Shown: in pieces, positions 50,633-61,145 of the stretch
How the letters are laid out: every line of letters starts with the position of its first letter
Position numbering within the stretch: the stretch's first letter is position 1
Origin: an uncultured Pelagibacteraceae bacterium
Lineage (GTDB): Bacteria > Pseudomonadota > Alphaproteobacteria > Pelagibacterales > Pelagibacteraceae
Assembly: GCA_902629575.1 (NCBI GenBank)
Contig: CACORJ010000004.1
Span: 19,509 to 83,508, forward strand
Reading direction: 5' to 3'
Length of the DNA stretch: 64,000 bases
Notes under the pieces: model-generated
Told to the model about the DNA's origin: nothing
The model's database searches: none
The model's input: only the letters and a program-made list of their open reading frames with translations
Translations under genes and position numbers: made by a program

Positions 50633-51610
50633 ATGAAAAAAAAATTTTTTTTTTTGATAACAATAATCTTTTATTATCTTATTTTAACAGTTATTATTTT
50701 TTCCTTTAGTTATATATCTTTAATTAGTGGAAAAACTTATGATTTATTTTGGATTAAATCTATTCAAGAAAAGATTTATACTAGAGGGTATAGAAATATT
50801 TGGCAATATAATAATTCTTGTGCCTCTTTTGACAAAGATTTATTATATAAACCTAATATAGGTAATTGTAATTTTTCTAATCCAGAATTTAAAACTGAAC
50901 TTAATTTTAATGAATTTTCAAGAGAGCATTATCATAAAAATGAAAATATGAATCAAGATGATTATATTTTAGTTTTAGGTGATTCTATTGCTATGGGTTG
51001 GGGTGTTAATGATAAACAAACTTTTTCATTTTTATTAGAAAAAAAATTAAATAAGACAATATACAATTTAGGAGTATCAAGTTACGGTACAGTCAGGGAA
51101 ATTAAAAGAATGAAGTTAAGTCCTTACTACAAAAAAAGTAAAACCATAATTATTCAATATAGCCCCAATGATATATATGAAAATCAAGATCTTGACATTA
51201 ATAAGACTTACTCAGAGGCTGATTTTAAGGAATTTTTTGAAAATGAAGAACATAACCTAAATACAATAAAATTTATTTTAAGAAATTATAAATCATCAAT
51301 TAGATTATTTTTCTCAGATATAATAGATATTTTCACCAAAAAAGGAAACATCCACCTTATTGATTTTGATAAAGATAAAAAATATTTAGAAAAAGTTATA
51401 TCAGAAAATATTGATTTAAAAAATAAAGATATAATTGTTTTTCTCACTCTAGCACCTCATCAAAAAGTTATAAATTTTCAAAAATCAGACAACAATATTC
51501 AATATTATTTAATTGAATTAAAAAAAGATGATTTTTTTATTATTGATGAACATCCTAACAAAAAGGGTCACGCTCAAATAGCAGAAAAATTATTTGAAAT
51601 TTTAAAATAA
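50633..51610 (+). CDS. Membrane-anchored SGNH/GDSL hydrolase-like protein
   Basis: LGDSIAMG, NLGVSSYG, PND, DEHPNKKGH. Confidence 0.8.
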   Translation: MKKKFFFLITIIFYYLILTVIIFSFSYISLISGKTYDLFWIKSIQEKIYTRGYRNIWQYNNSCASFDKDLLYKPNIGNCNFSNPEFKTELNFNEFSREHYHKNENMNQDDYILVLGDSIAMGWGVNDKQTFSFLLEKKLNKTIYNLGVSSYGTVREIKRMKLSPYYKKSKTIIIQYSPNDIYENQDLDINKTYSEADFKEFFENEEHNLNTIKFILRNYKSSIRLFFSDIIDIFTKKGNIHLIDFDKDKKYLEKVISENIDLKNKDIIVFLTLAPHQKVINFQKSDNNIQYYLIELKKDDFFIIDEHPNKKGHAQIAEKLFEILK

Positions 51611-51613
51611 AAA

Positions 51614-52717
51614 TTAAAAAATAATTTTTCTTAAAATTATTGGTAAAAAATAATTTAAGTAGGCATCAGATGTTAAATGTGAGAATTTATCACCTTTAAC
51701 GTAAATTTCTTTATCTATTTCTTTATTAATTTTCTTAAAATTTATATGATCAATATTTTTAAAATGTAAAGAATCATTAATTACTTCGTCAACTATAGAT
51801 GCAATGTTTATTTTATAAGAACTTTGATCAAGGTGTTTTAAATGTGGGTGAGTAATAATATATATCTTTTTTAACTCTTCATTTTTAAAAGCAAAATTTA
51901 TGTAATTATTTAATCTTTTTTTTATTATTAAAATCTCATTTTGAGAAACACCATATTGTAAAGGATATAACGCTTTCGGAATTTTAAAAAGTTTTGATTT
52001 TATTTTTTTGTAAATTATATTAATGCTCGATACTCTCTCAGAGCTATAAATTTCTTTATGTAAATTATAATAATTATAAAAATATTGAATTAATTTTAAT
52101 GATGAGAAATTAATTTTTTTAAAATTGTTAATAGCTTTTAATTGAAAATTTCTATTCATTTTTTTTAAGGTTTTAGAAAATGAACTTCCGTCAATACTTT
52201 TATATCTAAATAATTCATCACCGATATCTGATTGATCAATTATCGCTACAATTATACTTGGATTTATATTGTATTCTTTAGACAGGATATCTAATTGGAT
52301 TGTCATTGCACTTGGAGAGAAACTTGTAATTCCCCCATTAATTATACCTATATTATTTGACTCAGAAAAATCTTTTAACTTATAAAAAGTTTTTTTTTTA
52401 TTCAAACCCTCTGCCCATGAATCACCTTGAAATAAAATATTAGCATTATTGTTATTATTAAAATCATTTATACTTGTATAAAAATTATTAATCTCATCTA
52501 ATGAAATATGATTGTATAATTTATAAAATGTGTTCTCATCTCTTAGATGAGGAATATATTCAGAATAATTATTTAAAATATCAGGGTAAAACTTATTTTG
52601 AGTAATTAAATTTTTTTCTAAATCTTTTTTTTTTATTTTTACAATAAAAAAACTTAAAAGTTCTATAAATGAAATTAATAATAAAAATGATATGATGTAA
52701 AATTTGAATTTTTTCAT
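51614..52717 (-). CDS. Membrane-anchored SGNH-like protein
   Basis: QGDSWAEG, NGGITSFS, DKFSHL. Confidence 0.7.
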   Translation of the reverse strand: MKKFKFYIISFLLLISFIELLSFFIVKIKKKDLEKNLITQNKFYPDILNNYSEYIPHLRDENTFYKLYNHISLDEINNFYTSINDFNNNNNANILFQGDSWAEGLNKKKTFYKLKDFSESNNIGIINGGITSFSPSAMTIQLDILSKEYNINPSIIVAIIDQSDIGDELFRYKSIDGSSFSKTLKKMNRNFQLKAINNFKKINFSSLKLIQYFYNYYNLHKEIYSSERVSSINIIYKKIKSKLFKIPKALYPLQYGVSQNEILIIKKRLNNYINFAFKNEELKKIYIITHPHLKHLDQSSYKINIASIVDEVINDSLHFKNIDHINFKKINKEIDKEIYVKGDKFSHLTSDAYLNYFLPIILRKIIF

Positions 52718-52732
52718 TATAAGGACTGAAAC

Positions 52733-53506
52733 TTAATAAATGATTGCTTTTACAGTTCCTAGTTTATCAATTTTGCCTTTATAAAGACCTTTTCCTTTAA
52801 TTGGAACAACACCAACTGATGAACCAGTGAAAACCCAAAAATCTTTATCTAAATTTATTTTGTCTTTTTTAACTTTATTTAAAACAAATCTAAGAGAATT
52901 TAATGGGTTAATATAGACTGTGTTTGTATTTCCATCAACACTTTGATTTACTTTTTTGTTTGAAATATTAGTTTTTAAATTACCGATATTTATTTTTTTA
53001 TATTTTTTTGCTGAACCAATTAAAAATTTTATATTTGCGCCAAAATCACTACACAAATCAGCAAAAGATGTAATTCCTTTTTTTCTTTGTCTATAACCAA
53101 CTACTTCAATACAAGGTGCCATATGAGTTATATGTTTAGATATATTTTTCATTGTTACTGTCTCTTTAGAATAGAAAAAAGATTTTTTCACTTTATAACA
53201 AACCTCTAATTCTATACCTAAAGTTGCTTTATTTATTTTTACTCTTTTCCCACTTTTTAAAAAATTTATCTTATACACAGATGCATAAAAAGGTTCTTTT
53301 TCCTTAAGTTTTTTGATTAAAGGAATACCTGTACCAGCGGCTTTAAAACCAATAATTGGCAGATCTATTTTACTTTCACAAAGTTTTCTTAACTTTTGTG
53401 CCTCGCTTAGTTTTGTTGAGTATTTTGAGGGGATTTGCTTAATTATTCTATTTTCAAGAAATGCTTTTACTAACTTATTAGAGGTCTTCTCTAATAAAGT
53501 ACTCAT
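52733..53506 (-). CDS. Fumarylacetoacetate-hydrolase family, 2-keto-4-pentenoate hydratase-like
   Basis: IGFKAAGT, GIELEV, PCIEV, VFTGS. Confidence 0.8.
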   Translation of the reverse strand: MSTLLEKTSNKLVKAFLENRIIKQIPSKYSTKLSEAQKLRKLCESKIDLPIIGFKAAGTGIPLIKKLKEKEPFYASVYKINFLKSGKRVKINKATLGIELEVCYKVKKSFFYSKETVTMKNISKHITHMAPCIEVVGYRQRKKGITSFADLCSDFGANIKFLIGSAKKYKKINIGNLKTNISNKKVNQSVDGNTNTVYINPLNSLRFVLNKVKKDKINLDKDFWVFTGSSVGVVPIKGKGLYKGKIDKLGTVKAIIY

Positions 53507-53931
53507 TCAGCACTACCTAACTCTCTCATTTTTCTTGCATGAATAAATGACCTAATACATTGATAAGTGAAAAATAAACCAGTTATCAGCATCATTATTT
53601 TTGATAAATCAGCGTAGAAATTACTAAAAGCGTTACTACTAATTACAGATCTTATAAAATCAAGACCTCCTAAAAAAATAAATAAACCAAATAGAACTAC
53701 GATATGCATAAATATTTTTTTTTTTGATTCAAATTTTATTGAAAGAAAAGAAAAAATTAAAATTGGCACTCCTAAAATAGAGGGAATGTAAGACGTCATT
53801 GAACTGCTTCCACTTACAAAACTTACAATTACTCCCCATAAGATTAAAAATAAACCATAGTAAATTGACAATTTTTCCATAGTTAAACCAGCTACTTTAA
53901 ATTCAGAAGTATTTTGATTCTCATTTTCCAT
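53503..53931 (-). CDS. Four-TM membrane protein (TMEM14-like)
   Basis: SMTSYIPS, FMHIVV, IRSFIHARK. Confidence 0.7.
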   Translation of the reverse strand: MENENQNTSEFKVAGLTMEKLSIYYGLFLILWGVIVSFVSGSSSMTSYIPSILGVPILIFSFLSIKFESKKKIFMHIVVLFGLFIFLGGLDFIRSVISSNAFSNFYADLSKIMMLITGLFFTYQCIRSFIHARKMRELGSAE

Positions 53932-53945
53932 AACACAATTATATT

Positions 53946-54101
53946 TTATGATCCAAAATTTATCAAACTAAAACCAGCTATAAAAAAAATTACTAGCCAA
54001 ACTAACCCTTTAATTAAAAAAAAAGCAAAACCTCCTATTAAAAAATATCTTCCTAATTTACTTTTTTTAAAGAAATTTTTGAGCTTATCTATAAAGGACA
54101 T
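53946..54101 (-). CDS. Small membrane protein (51 aa)
   Basis: MSFIDKLK...GGFAFFLIKGLVWL; start moved to ATG 54101. Confidence 0.65.
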   Translation of the reverse strand: MSFIDKLKNFFKKSKLGRYFLIGGFAFFLIKGLVWLVIFFIAGFSLINFGS

Positions 54102-54109
54102 AAACTTAC

Positions 54110-54913
54110 TCAATTTAATACAGACATTGGATCTAGTCTTGTTTGAAACCAATTAATTCTAAAATCTAAATGAGGGCCTGTCGATCTTCCAGTCGAACCT
54201 ACTGTTCCAATTATATCTCCTTGCAAGATTTCATCTCCTACTTTTACATTAAGAGAATCTAAATGAGAGTAAATTGTTGAAATACCATGACCATGATCCA
54301 TTATTATAGTTCCACCAGTATAATATAAATCTTTTTCAGCCATAGTTACAATTCCTGTAGCTGAAGATTTTATTTTTGTTCCTTTTTTTGCAGCAATATC
54401 AATTCCATAGTGAGGCCATTTAGGTTTTCCATTTAGAATTCTTTGGCTTCCATAAACTCCGCTTATAATTCCATCAACTGGCATTATAAATTTATTTTTA
54501 AAAAAAGGTAAATCTGAATTTATAGCTCTTGCCTCTCCAATTTTATTATTTTCCTCTTTTATTCTTTTATAAACTGACTCAGGAGGTGTTACTTTACTCT
54601 CCTCAAGTCCATCAATCTTTTGAATATTATATGTTCTTTTTAAAACTTTTTTTGTAAATTTTTCTTTTTTTCCATTATAAAACTTAGTAATTGATATGTC
54701 ATATTTTCTATCTCTATCTATCCCAAAAACAAAATAACCATCATTTGATACTCTAATTTGTTTTTTATTAATCTTAATTTTTGCAGAAGGTTCAGTTTTT
54801 CCAATAATATAATGACCTTGAAGAAATTTTCCTTTAAACTCAATAGCATTTAGATGAGCTGAACTCAAAAAAAATATTAATAAGAAAAGCCTGATTACTA
54901 TTTTGCAGTCCAT
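54110..54913 (-). CDS. M23 family metallopeptidase
   Basis: HYGIDIA, YSHL, TGRSTGPHLD; start uncertain. Confidence 0.9.
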   Translation of the reverse strand: MDCKIVIRLFLLIFFLSSAHLNAIEFKGKFLQGHYIIGKTEPSAKIKINKKQIRVSNDGYFVFGIDRDRKYDISITKFYNGKKEKFTKKVLKRTYNIQKIDGLEESKVTPPESVYKRIKEENNKIGEARAINSDLPFFKNKFIMPVDGIISGVYGSQRILNGKPKWPHYGIDIAAKKGTKIKSSATGIVTMAEKDLYYTGGTIIMDHGHGISTIYSHLDSLNVKVGDEILQGDIIGTVGSTGRSTGPHLDFRINWFQTRLDPMSVLN

Positions 54914-55665
54914 CCACCATCAACCAATAATGAAGTTCCTGTAATCATAGATGCTGCATCTGAAGCTAGAAAAACCACAGCAGATGCTATTTCTGACAAC
55001 TGTGCAAATCTTCCTAAAGGAATATTGTTAAGTGTTTCTCTCTTAAATTTTTTATTTTTAAGAAATTTTTTTGTCATTGGAGTTACAACAAATGTTGGGC
55101 AAATTGTATTTACTCTTATATTATACTTAGCTAAATCTAATGACATTCCTTTAGTTAATCCCTCAAGTCCCCATTTATTCATATTATAAACACTTCTAAT
55201 TGGACCACCAACATGACCCATCTGTGAAGACATATTAACTATAGAACCACCAATTTTTTTTCTATTTTTTAGTTGGATCATCTTTAGAGCACATAATTGA
55301 GCTAAGTTGAAAGTTGCAATAGTATTAATTTTGACTAGGTATTCCATGTTTTTTGTTTTCACTTTCGTGAAGTGTTCAGGGATATTGTTTCCAGCGTTAT
55401 TGATTAAGATATCTATTCTACTTTGTTTTTCTATTATTTGTTTAATTTCATCATAATTAGTAATATCACAAACATAAGACTTACAATTAGATTTAAACTT
55501 TTTTATCTTTTTTGAAACTTCATTTAAATCTGCTCTAGTTCTGCTTATAATTATTATGTTCGCACCTGCTTCTGCAAGAGCTATTGCGCAAGCTCTTCCA
55601 AGTCCTTTCCCAGCACCACTTACTACTGCAGTCTTATTTTTAAGATTATAATTTTTTAAGAACAT
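54898..55665 (-). CDS. SDR oxidoreductase (HpsO-like)
   Basis: SGAGKGLG, NNAG, SSQMGHVGG, YNMNK, VDGGWTA. Confidence 0.85.
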   Translation of the reverse strand: MFLKNYNLKNKTAVVSGAGKGLGRACAIALAEAGANIIIISRTRADLNEVSKKIKKFKSNCKSYVCDITNYDEIKQIIEKQSRIDILINNAGNNIPEHFTKVKTKNMEYLVKINTIATFNLAQLCALKMIQLKNRKKIGGSIVNMSSQMGHVGGPIRSVYNMNKWGLEGLTKGMSLDLAKYNIRVNTICPTFVVTPMTKKFLKNKKFKRETLNNIPLGRFAQLSEIASAVVFLASDAASMITGTSLLVDGGWTAK

Positions 55666-56258
55666 TATAAAAATAATATTTTAATATCCGTGTAAATCAA
55701 CTCAATAGCAACGATTAGAATTGCTAATAAACCTGCCCAACCTATCCATTTATATTTTTTTATCCAATTAGATATTAATGTTGCTGCTGTAGCCATAAGA
55801 ATTATAGATAAAACTAAACCAAAAACTAACAAGTAATAATGATCTCCAGCTGCTCCAGCAACTCCTAGAACATTGTCCAAGCTCATTGTAAAATCAGCTA
55901 ATAATATAGTCCAAATAGCCTTTAAGAAATTAGATTTATCTACATTGATATTATGATCCTGAACCTCTCCCTTAATTACATCAATATAAAGTTTATATAC
56001 AATATAGAGTAATAGTAGTCCTCCAATTAATCTTAGACCCGTTATTTGTAATAAGTATGCAGTCATTAAAGTAAGAATGATTCTTAGTACAACTGCTCCT
56101 CCAATTCCCCAGAAAATAATTTTTTTTTTCTGTTCGAGTGGAAATTTAGATGCAACCATTCCAATTATAATTGCATTATCACCCGCTAAGACAAGATCGA
56201 TTAAAATTATTTGTGTTAAAACTGTTATTTGTTCTGGAGTAATCAAATCAGTAAGCAT
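55665..56258 (-). CDS. TerC family (YjbE-like) membrane protein
   Basis: DLVLAGDNA, ADFTMSLDNVLGVAG. Confidence 0.9.
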   Translation of the reverse strand: MLTDLITPEQITVLTQIILIDLVLAGDNAIIIGMVASKFPLEQKKKIIFWGIGGAVVLRIILTLMTAYLLQITGLRLIGGLLLLYIVYKLYIDVIKGEVQDHNINVDKSNFLKAIWTILLADFTMSLDNVLGVAGAAGDHYYLLVFGLVLSIILMATAATLISNWIKKYKWIGWAGLLAILIVAIELIYTDIKILFL

Positions 56259-57868
56259 TAACTTCTAAGTATCATATCAGCACCTTTTTCTGCAATCATA
56301 ATTGTTGGTGCATTAGTATTTCCTGATGTAATGTTTGGCATTATAGAGGCATCTATTACTCTTAAATTTTCAACACCTTTCACTTTTAGTTTTTCATCAA
56401 CTACAGCCATATCATCTTGGCCCATCTTACATGTACCAACTGGATGAAAAATTGTTTGTGCAAAATCTGCTCCTACTTTTACAAGTTCTTCATCATCAGT
56501 AATATGGATCCCAGGCCTATATTCTTCAGGGTCATACTGTTTGAATGTATCAGTCTCTAACATAATTTTTCTTACAATTTTTAATCCTTGAGCTGCAACT
56601 TTTCTATCTTCATCAGTGGATAAATAGTTCATCTTAATTTTAGGATAAATTCTACTATCATTGCTAACTATATTTATTTCACCTCTACTTGTTGGTCTAA
56701 TATTAGCGACAGTTGGGGTAATTCCCTCAAAATCATGCATTGGAGTTACACCTAATATATCTGTACTAACAGGAGAAACATGAAATTGTAAATTAGGAGT
56801 AGCTCTTGACGGGTCACTTTTAACAAACGCACAAACCTGGCTGGCTCCCATTGTTACTGGTCCACTTTGATTAACTAGATATTCAAGTCCCATTAAAAAT
56901 CTTCCAAATAAACTCTCAACTTTTCTATTTAGTGATTTTAAATTTTTAACTTTATAGACTGGCCTAAACATTAAATGATCTTGTAAATTTTTACCAACAC
57001 CATTCGATTCATGAACTATCTGTATGCCTAATTTTTTAAGTTTATTGATTTCACCAATTCCAGATACTTGTAATATATGAGGAGATCCGATTGATCCTGC
57101 AGATAAAATTACCTCTTTATTAGCATTAACATTATTTATTTTTTCGCCAGTAAAATAACTTACACCTACAGCTTTTTTACCTTGAAAATTTATTTTTTGA
57201 ACATGTGCGTTAGTTACAATCTTTAAATTAGACCTTTTTTTTACAGGATTTAAATATCCTTTAGCGGCACTACATCTTAGTTTTAACCCTGCTTTATTAA
57301 AGCTTGTAGTAAATTGAAAAAAACCCACTCCAAAGTTATCTCCAGTATTAAAATCATTTGTTTTAGGTATTCCATATTCCTCTGCAGCATTTTGAAATTC
57401 ATCAAGTAATTTGAGATTAATTTTCTTATTAGCAACTGTTATTGGACCTTTATCATTATGAAATTCACCCTTTCCTAATTCATTATTCTCCGACTTTAAA
57501 AAATAAGGCAAAACATCATTCCAGCTCCAACCAGTATTGCCTAGTTGCCTCCATATATCATAATCTTCTTTTTGACCTCTGATCCATAAAAGCCCATTAA
57601 TTGAAGAACTCCCACCTAAAGTTTTTCCTCTAGGATATCTAATTGATCTATTATTCATAGTTTCATCAGGCTCAGTTTTAAAACACCAATCAACTTTTGG
57701 GTTGTGCATAGTTTTAAAGTATCCAACTGGAATATGTATCCATGGATAATTATCCTTGCCACCTGCTTCTAATAGAAGTACTTTATTTCTAGGATTTTCT
57801 GATAATCTATTTGCTAAGACACATCCAGCTGATCCTGCACCCAAAATAATATAATCAAAATTTTCCAT
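56258..57868 (-). CDS. GMC oxidoreductase (choline dehydrogenase-like)
   Basis: GAGSAGC, GKTLGGSSSING, HPVGTCKMG, GNTNAP. Confidence 0.92.
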   Translation of the reverse strand: MENFDYIILGAGSAGCVLANRLSENPRNKVLLLEAGGKDNYPWIHIPVGYFKTMHNPKVDWCFKTEPDETMNNRSIRYPRGKTLGGSSSINGLLWIRGQKEDYDIWRQLGNTGWSWNDVLPYFLKSENNELGKGEFHNDKGPITVANKKINLKLLDEFQNAAEEYGIPKTNDFNTGDNFGVGFFQFTTSFNKAGLKLRCSAAKGYLNPVKKRSNLKIVTNAHVQKINFQGKKAVGVSYFTGEKINNVNANKEVILSAGSIGSPHILQVSGIGEINKLKKLGIQIVHESNGVGKNLQDHLMFRPVYKVKNLKSLNRKVESLFGRFLMGLEYLVNQSGPVTMGASQVCAFVKSDPSRATPNLQFHVSPVSTDILGVTPMHDFEGITPTVANIRPTSRGEINIVSNDSRIYPKIKMNYLSTDEDRKVAAQGLKIVRKIMLETDTFKQYDPEEYRPGIHITDDEELVKVGADFAQTIFHPVGTCKMGQDDMAVVDEKLKVKGVENLRVIDASIMPNITSGNTNAPTIMIAEKGADMILRS

Positions 57869-58009
57869 TAGTACCTAATCTTATAAATTAAAATTATTTT
57901 TTTTGTAAGTTTTCTGTAAAAATACTTAAATTAATCAATAATAACACTTGTTTTAGATTTCATTCTTTGATTAGCTTTAACTTTTAAAAATAAGAAGGAG
58001 AGGAAATAA

Positions 58010-59104
58010 ATGAAAAAAATCATTTCAATGTTATTTGCAACTTTATTAGTGCTTGGATTTGTATCAAACGCTAATGCTGCAAAAACACTAAAATGTCAGA
58101 CAGTTTTAAACACCAAGGCTGATGAAGTTAAAATGTTGAAAGACTTTACTGACACAGTAACAACTTTAACAGGAGGATCTTTAAAGTTTGAAATTTTACC
58201 TGCAGGTGCGGTAGTTGGAGTAAAAGAAACTTTGGATGCTGTAGATAAAGGGTTAATTGATTGCGGATTTGCTTGGACACACTATTGGTCAGGGGATCAC
58301 CCTGCGGCTATGTTATTTGGTTCGCCAGTAGCTGGTGGTGGTGTTGGTATTGATAACATCGCATTCTTATCTTGGTTCCAATATGGAGGCGGTAAAGAAT
58401 TGTACGACCAATTATGGAAAGAAATGGGAAGAGACATTAAAGGATTTATGATTCAACCAGTTGGTCCAGAAGCTTTAGGTTGGTTTCCAAAACCAATTAA
58501 AGATATGGCTGATTTTAGAAAATATAAATTCAGAACACCTCCAGGAATTCCTGGACAAACTTACAAAGATATCGGTATAGCTTCTGTTGCAATGGGTGGT
58601 GGAGATATTCTACCGGCTCTTGAAGCAGGAACTATCGATGCTGCTGAGTGGTGTTGTCCAAAACCAGATTTAACTTTTGGTTTCCAAAAAGTATTAAAGC
58701 ACTACTACTTACAAGGTTTACACCAAGTTGTAGTAAACGCTGACTTTTATATTACTGGAAAAACTTATAATGCTATGAGTGATCATGAGAAGAAATCTCT
58801 TGAAGTTGCAGCTAATGCTTCATTAGCTAAATCTTTAAGTTACAGAATCTATGAAAATGGAAAAGCTTTACAAGAGCTGACTACTAAGCATGGAGTAATT
58901 TTAGAAGATACACCTTCAGATTATTTCACAGAATATATGGCTGCAGCAAAAGCTTCTTTAAATAAGAACGCCAAAGAAAATAAATTCTTTAATGAAGTTT
59001 ATAATTCTATGAAAGAATTTGCTGACATTGCTGTTCCATTCTGGAGTGGTGCTCAAATGTCTAATGCGAAGTTAGGAATGGCTCACGCAGCAACATTAAA
59101 GTAA
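58010..59104 (+). CDS. TRAP transporter substrate-binding protein
   Basis: Signal peptide, KFRTP, ALEAGTIDAAEW; strong SD AAGGAGAGG. Confidence 0.9.
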   Translation: MKKIISMLFATLLVLGFVSNANAAKTLKCQTVLNTKADEVKMLKDFTDTVTTLTGGSLKFEILPAGAVVGVKETLDAVDKGLIDCGFAWTHYWSGDHPAAMLFGSPVAGGGVGIDNIAFLSWFQYGGGKELYDQLWKEMGRDIKGFMIQPVGPEALGWFPKPIKDMADFRKYKFRTPPGIPGQTYKDIGIASVAMGGGDILPALEAGTIDAAEWCCPKPDLTFGFQKVLKHYYLQGLHQVVVNADFYITGKTYNAMSDHEKKSLEVAANASLAKSLSYRIYENGKALQELTTKHGVILEDTPSDYFTEYMAAAKASLNKNAKENKFFNEVYNSMKEFADIAVPFWSGAQMSNAKLGMAHAATLK

Positions 59105-59126
59105 TCAGTAATTAATCTTGATTTAG

Positions 59127-59161
59127 TTAGAGCGGACTTTTAAAGTCCGCTCTAATTTTTT
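59127..59161 (+). terminator. Terminator/stabilising hairpin after the SBP gene
   Basis: ttagagcggacttt/aaagtccgctctaa stem plus T tract. Confidence 0.85.
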
Positions 59162-59174
59162 ATACTAGAATTTT

Positions 59175-59789
59175 ATGTCAGACGAACCAGATAAATTAGA
59201 TATATCAGATGAAATGATTGCCGAAAGGCGAGGCGGTTCGGGAAAAATGCCTGATGACATGCCATTATGGATGGCTATATCTATTACAAGTATTGATAGA
59301 TTTAGTAGGTGGATTGGCAATATTGTTTGCTGGATATTAATGCCATTAATTTTTGCAATGACTTATGAAGTTCTTGCAAGAAAATTATTTTTAGCTCCCA
59401 CGATTTGGGCTTATGACATAAGTCGTTTTTTATATGGCGCACTTTTTATGTTGGGTGCAGGTTATGCCCTCTCAAGAGGCGTTCATATAAGAGCAGATTT
59501 TTTATACAGAAATTTTAAAACTAAAAATCAAGGTCTTATAGATTTTTGGTTATATTTATTATTTTACTTTCCAGGTTTAATCATTTTTTTATACATGACA
59601 ATTGGGTTTGTAGGAGAGTCAATTCAAAGAGGCGAGAGAGGCATGGATACTACATGGATGCCTTATATGTGGCCAATCAAAACTTGTTTACTAATTGGCA
59701 TCATATTTCTACTAATCCAAGGAGTTTCTGAACTACTCAAAAGTTATTGGGCAGCTAGAAAAGGTAAGTGGCCAGGGGAAACAAAATGA
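59175..59789 (+). CDS. dctQ: TRAP small permease
   Basis: YEVLAR, PTIWAYD, HIRAD. Confidence 0.9.
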   Translation: MSDEPDKLDISDEMIAERRGGSGKMPDDMPLWMAISITSIDRFSRWIGNIVCWILMPLIFAMTYEVLARKLFLAPTIWAYDISRFLYGALFMLGAGYALSRGVHIRADFLYRNFKTKNQGLIDFWLYLLFYFPGLIIFLYMTIGFVGESIQRGERGMDTTWMPYMWPIKTCLLIGIIFLLIQGVSELLKSYWAARKGKWPGETK

Positions 59790-61120
59790 TAGCTGAGTTT
59801 ATAGATCCAGCGATTTTAGGTTTTATTCTAGTAGGCGTAATGCTTTTTGCAATATTTGTAGGATTCCCAATTTCATTTACGTTAATCTTTTTAGGTTTTG
59901 TATTTGGTTATTTAGGATTTGGTAAATTAGTTTTTTATTTAATGACACTTCAATTTTCTATGGTTATGACGGAGCAGACGCTCGCCGCTGTGCCACTCTT
60001 TGTCTTTATGGGAATTATGATGGAACAAGCGGGCTTAATGGAGAGATTGTTTTCAGCATTTCAAATGATGTTGGCGAAAGTTAAGGGGTCTTTGTATTAT
60101 GCAGTTTTGTTTGTTTCTGTGATATTTGCAGCAGCAACAGGAATTGTTGGAGCTTCAGTAACAATTCTTGGAATTATGGCTGCGAAATCAATGAATAGAT
60201 CAGGTTATGATGTGAAACTTGCAGCTGGTACTATTACTGCAGGGGGAACTTTAGGAATTTTAATTCCACCAAGCATTATGCTTGTTGTTATGGGACCAAT
60301 AATGGAAATTCCAGTAATAGATTTATTTGCAGCTGCAATACTTCCTGGAATTCTTCTTGCAAGTTTATACGCAGGTTACACAACAATTAGATGTATGATC
60401 AATCCCAAACTTGGACCAGTTATACCTGAAGACATGAGAGCTGCGAGTATGAAGGATGTGTGGATTGAATTTTTTTTAGGATTAGTACCACCAGCAGCCT
60501 TAGTTTTTGCAGCATTAGGAAGTATTTTATTTGGTTTTGCAACTCCAACTGAAGCTGCAGGATGTGGAGCTATGGGCGCTTTACTTCTATCATTAGCTTA
60601 TAAAAAATTAACTATTGCAAAATTACAAGAAGCCTTAGTTAAAACACTGGAGATAACAGCATTAATAATGGTTTTAGTTGCTGCTTCAAATTTTTTTGGT
60701 GCTGTATTTGCTAGATTAGGAACACCGACATTACTGACCGAATTTTTATTAGGTTTGGAAATGAATAAATATCTTATTTTAGCAATGGTTATGGTAATGA
60801 TATTTTTATTGGGATGGCCTCTAGAATGGGTACCTATAGTAATGATTATCGTTCCGATTATATTACCATTGATTGAAGCATTAGGATTTAATTTAACTTG
60901 GTTTGCCATATTAGTGGCCGTAAATTTGCAAACCGCCTGGCTTTCACCTCCAGTCGCTTTATCTGCGTATTTTTTAAAAGGAGTAGTACCAGAATGGGAT
61001 TTAAAAGATATTTACTATGGAATGATGCAATTTATGGTCTTGCAAGTTTTTGGCTTAATTTTAATTATCATATTCCCTAAAATTGCTCTTTGGCTTCCAA
61101 CTCTCTTATATGGACAGTAG
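59786..61120 (+). CDS. dctM: TRAP large permease
   Basis: AVPLFVFMG, GTLGILIPPS, ATPTEAA, LSPPV. Confidence 0.93.
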   Translation: MIAEFIDPAILGFILVGVMLFAIFVGFPISFTLIFLGFVFGYLGFGKLVFYLMTLQFSMVMTEQTLAAVPLFVFMGIMMEQAGLMERLFSAFQMMLAKVKGSLYYAVLFVSVIFAAATGIVGASVTILGIMAAKSMNRSGYDVKLAAGTITAGGTLGILIPPSIMLVVMGPIMEIPVIDLFAAAILPGILLASLYAGYTTIRCMINPKLGPVIPEDMRAASMKDVWIEFFLGLVPPAALVFAALGSILFGFATPTEAAGCGAMGALLLSLAYKKLTIAKLQEALVKTLEITALIMVLVAASNFFGAVFARLGTPTLLTEFLLGLEMNKYLILAMVMVMIFLLGWPLEWVPIVMIIVPIILPLIEALGFNLTWFAILVAVNLQTAWLSPPVALSAYFLKGVVPEWDLKDIYYGMMQFMVLQVFGLILIIIFPKIALWLPTLLYGQ

Positions 61121-61145
61121 AAAGTTAAAGATTTATATTGTCTAA

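Noticed and set aside
48259-51610. Saxitoxin biosynthesis
   Set aside because: No sxtA, sxtG or other core genes; the IJK(L) module occurs widely without toxin production
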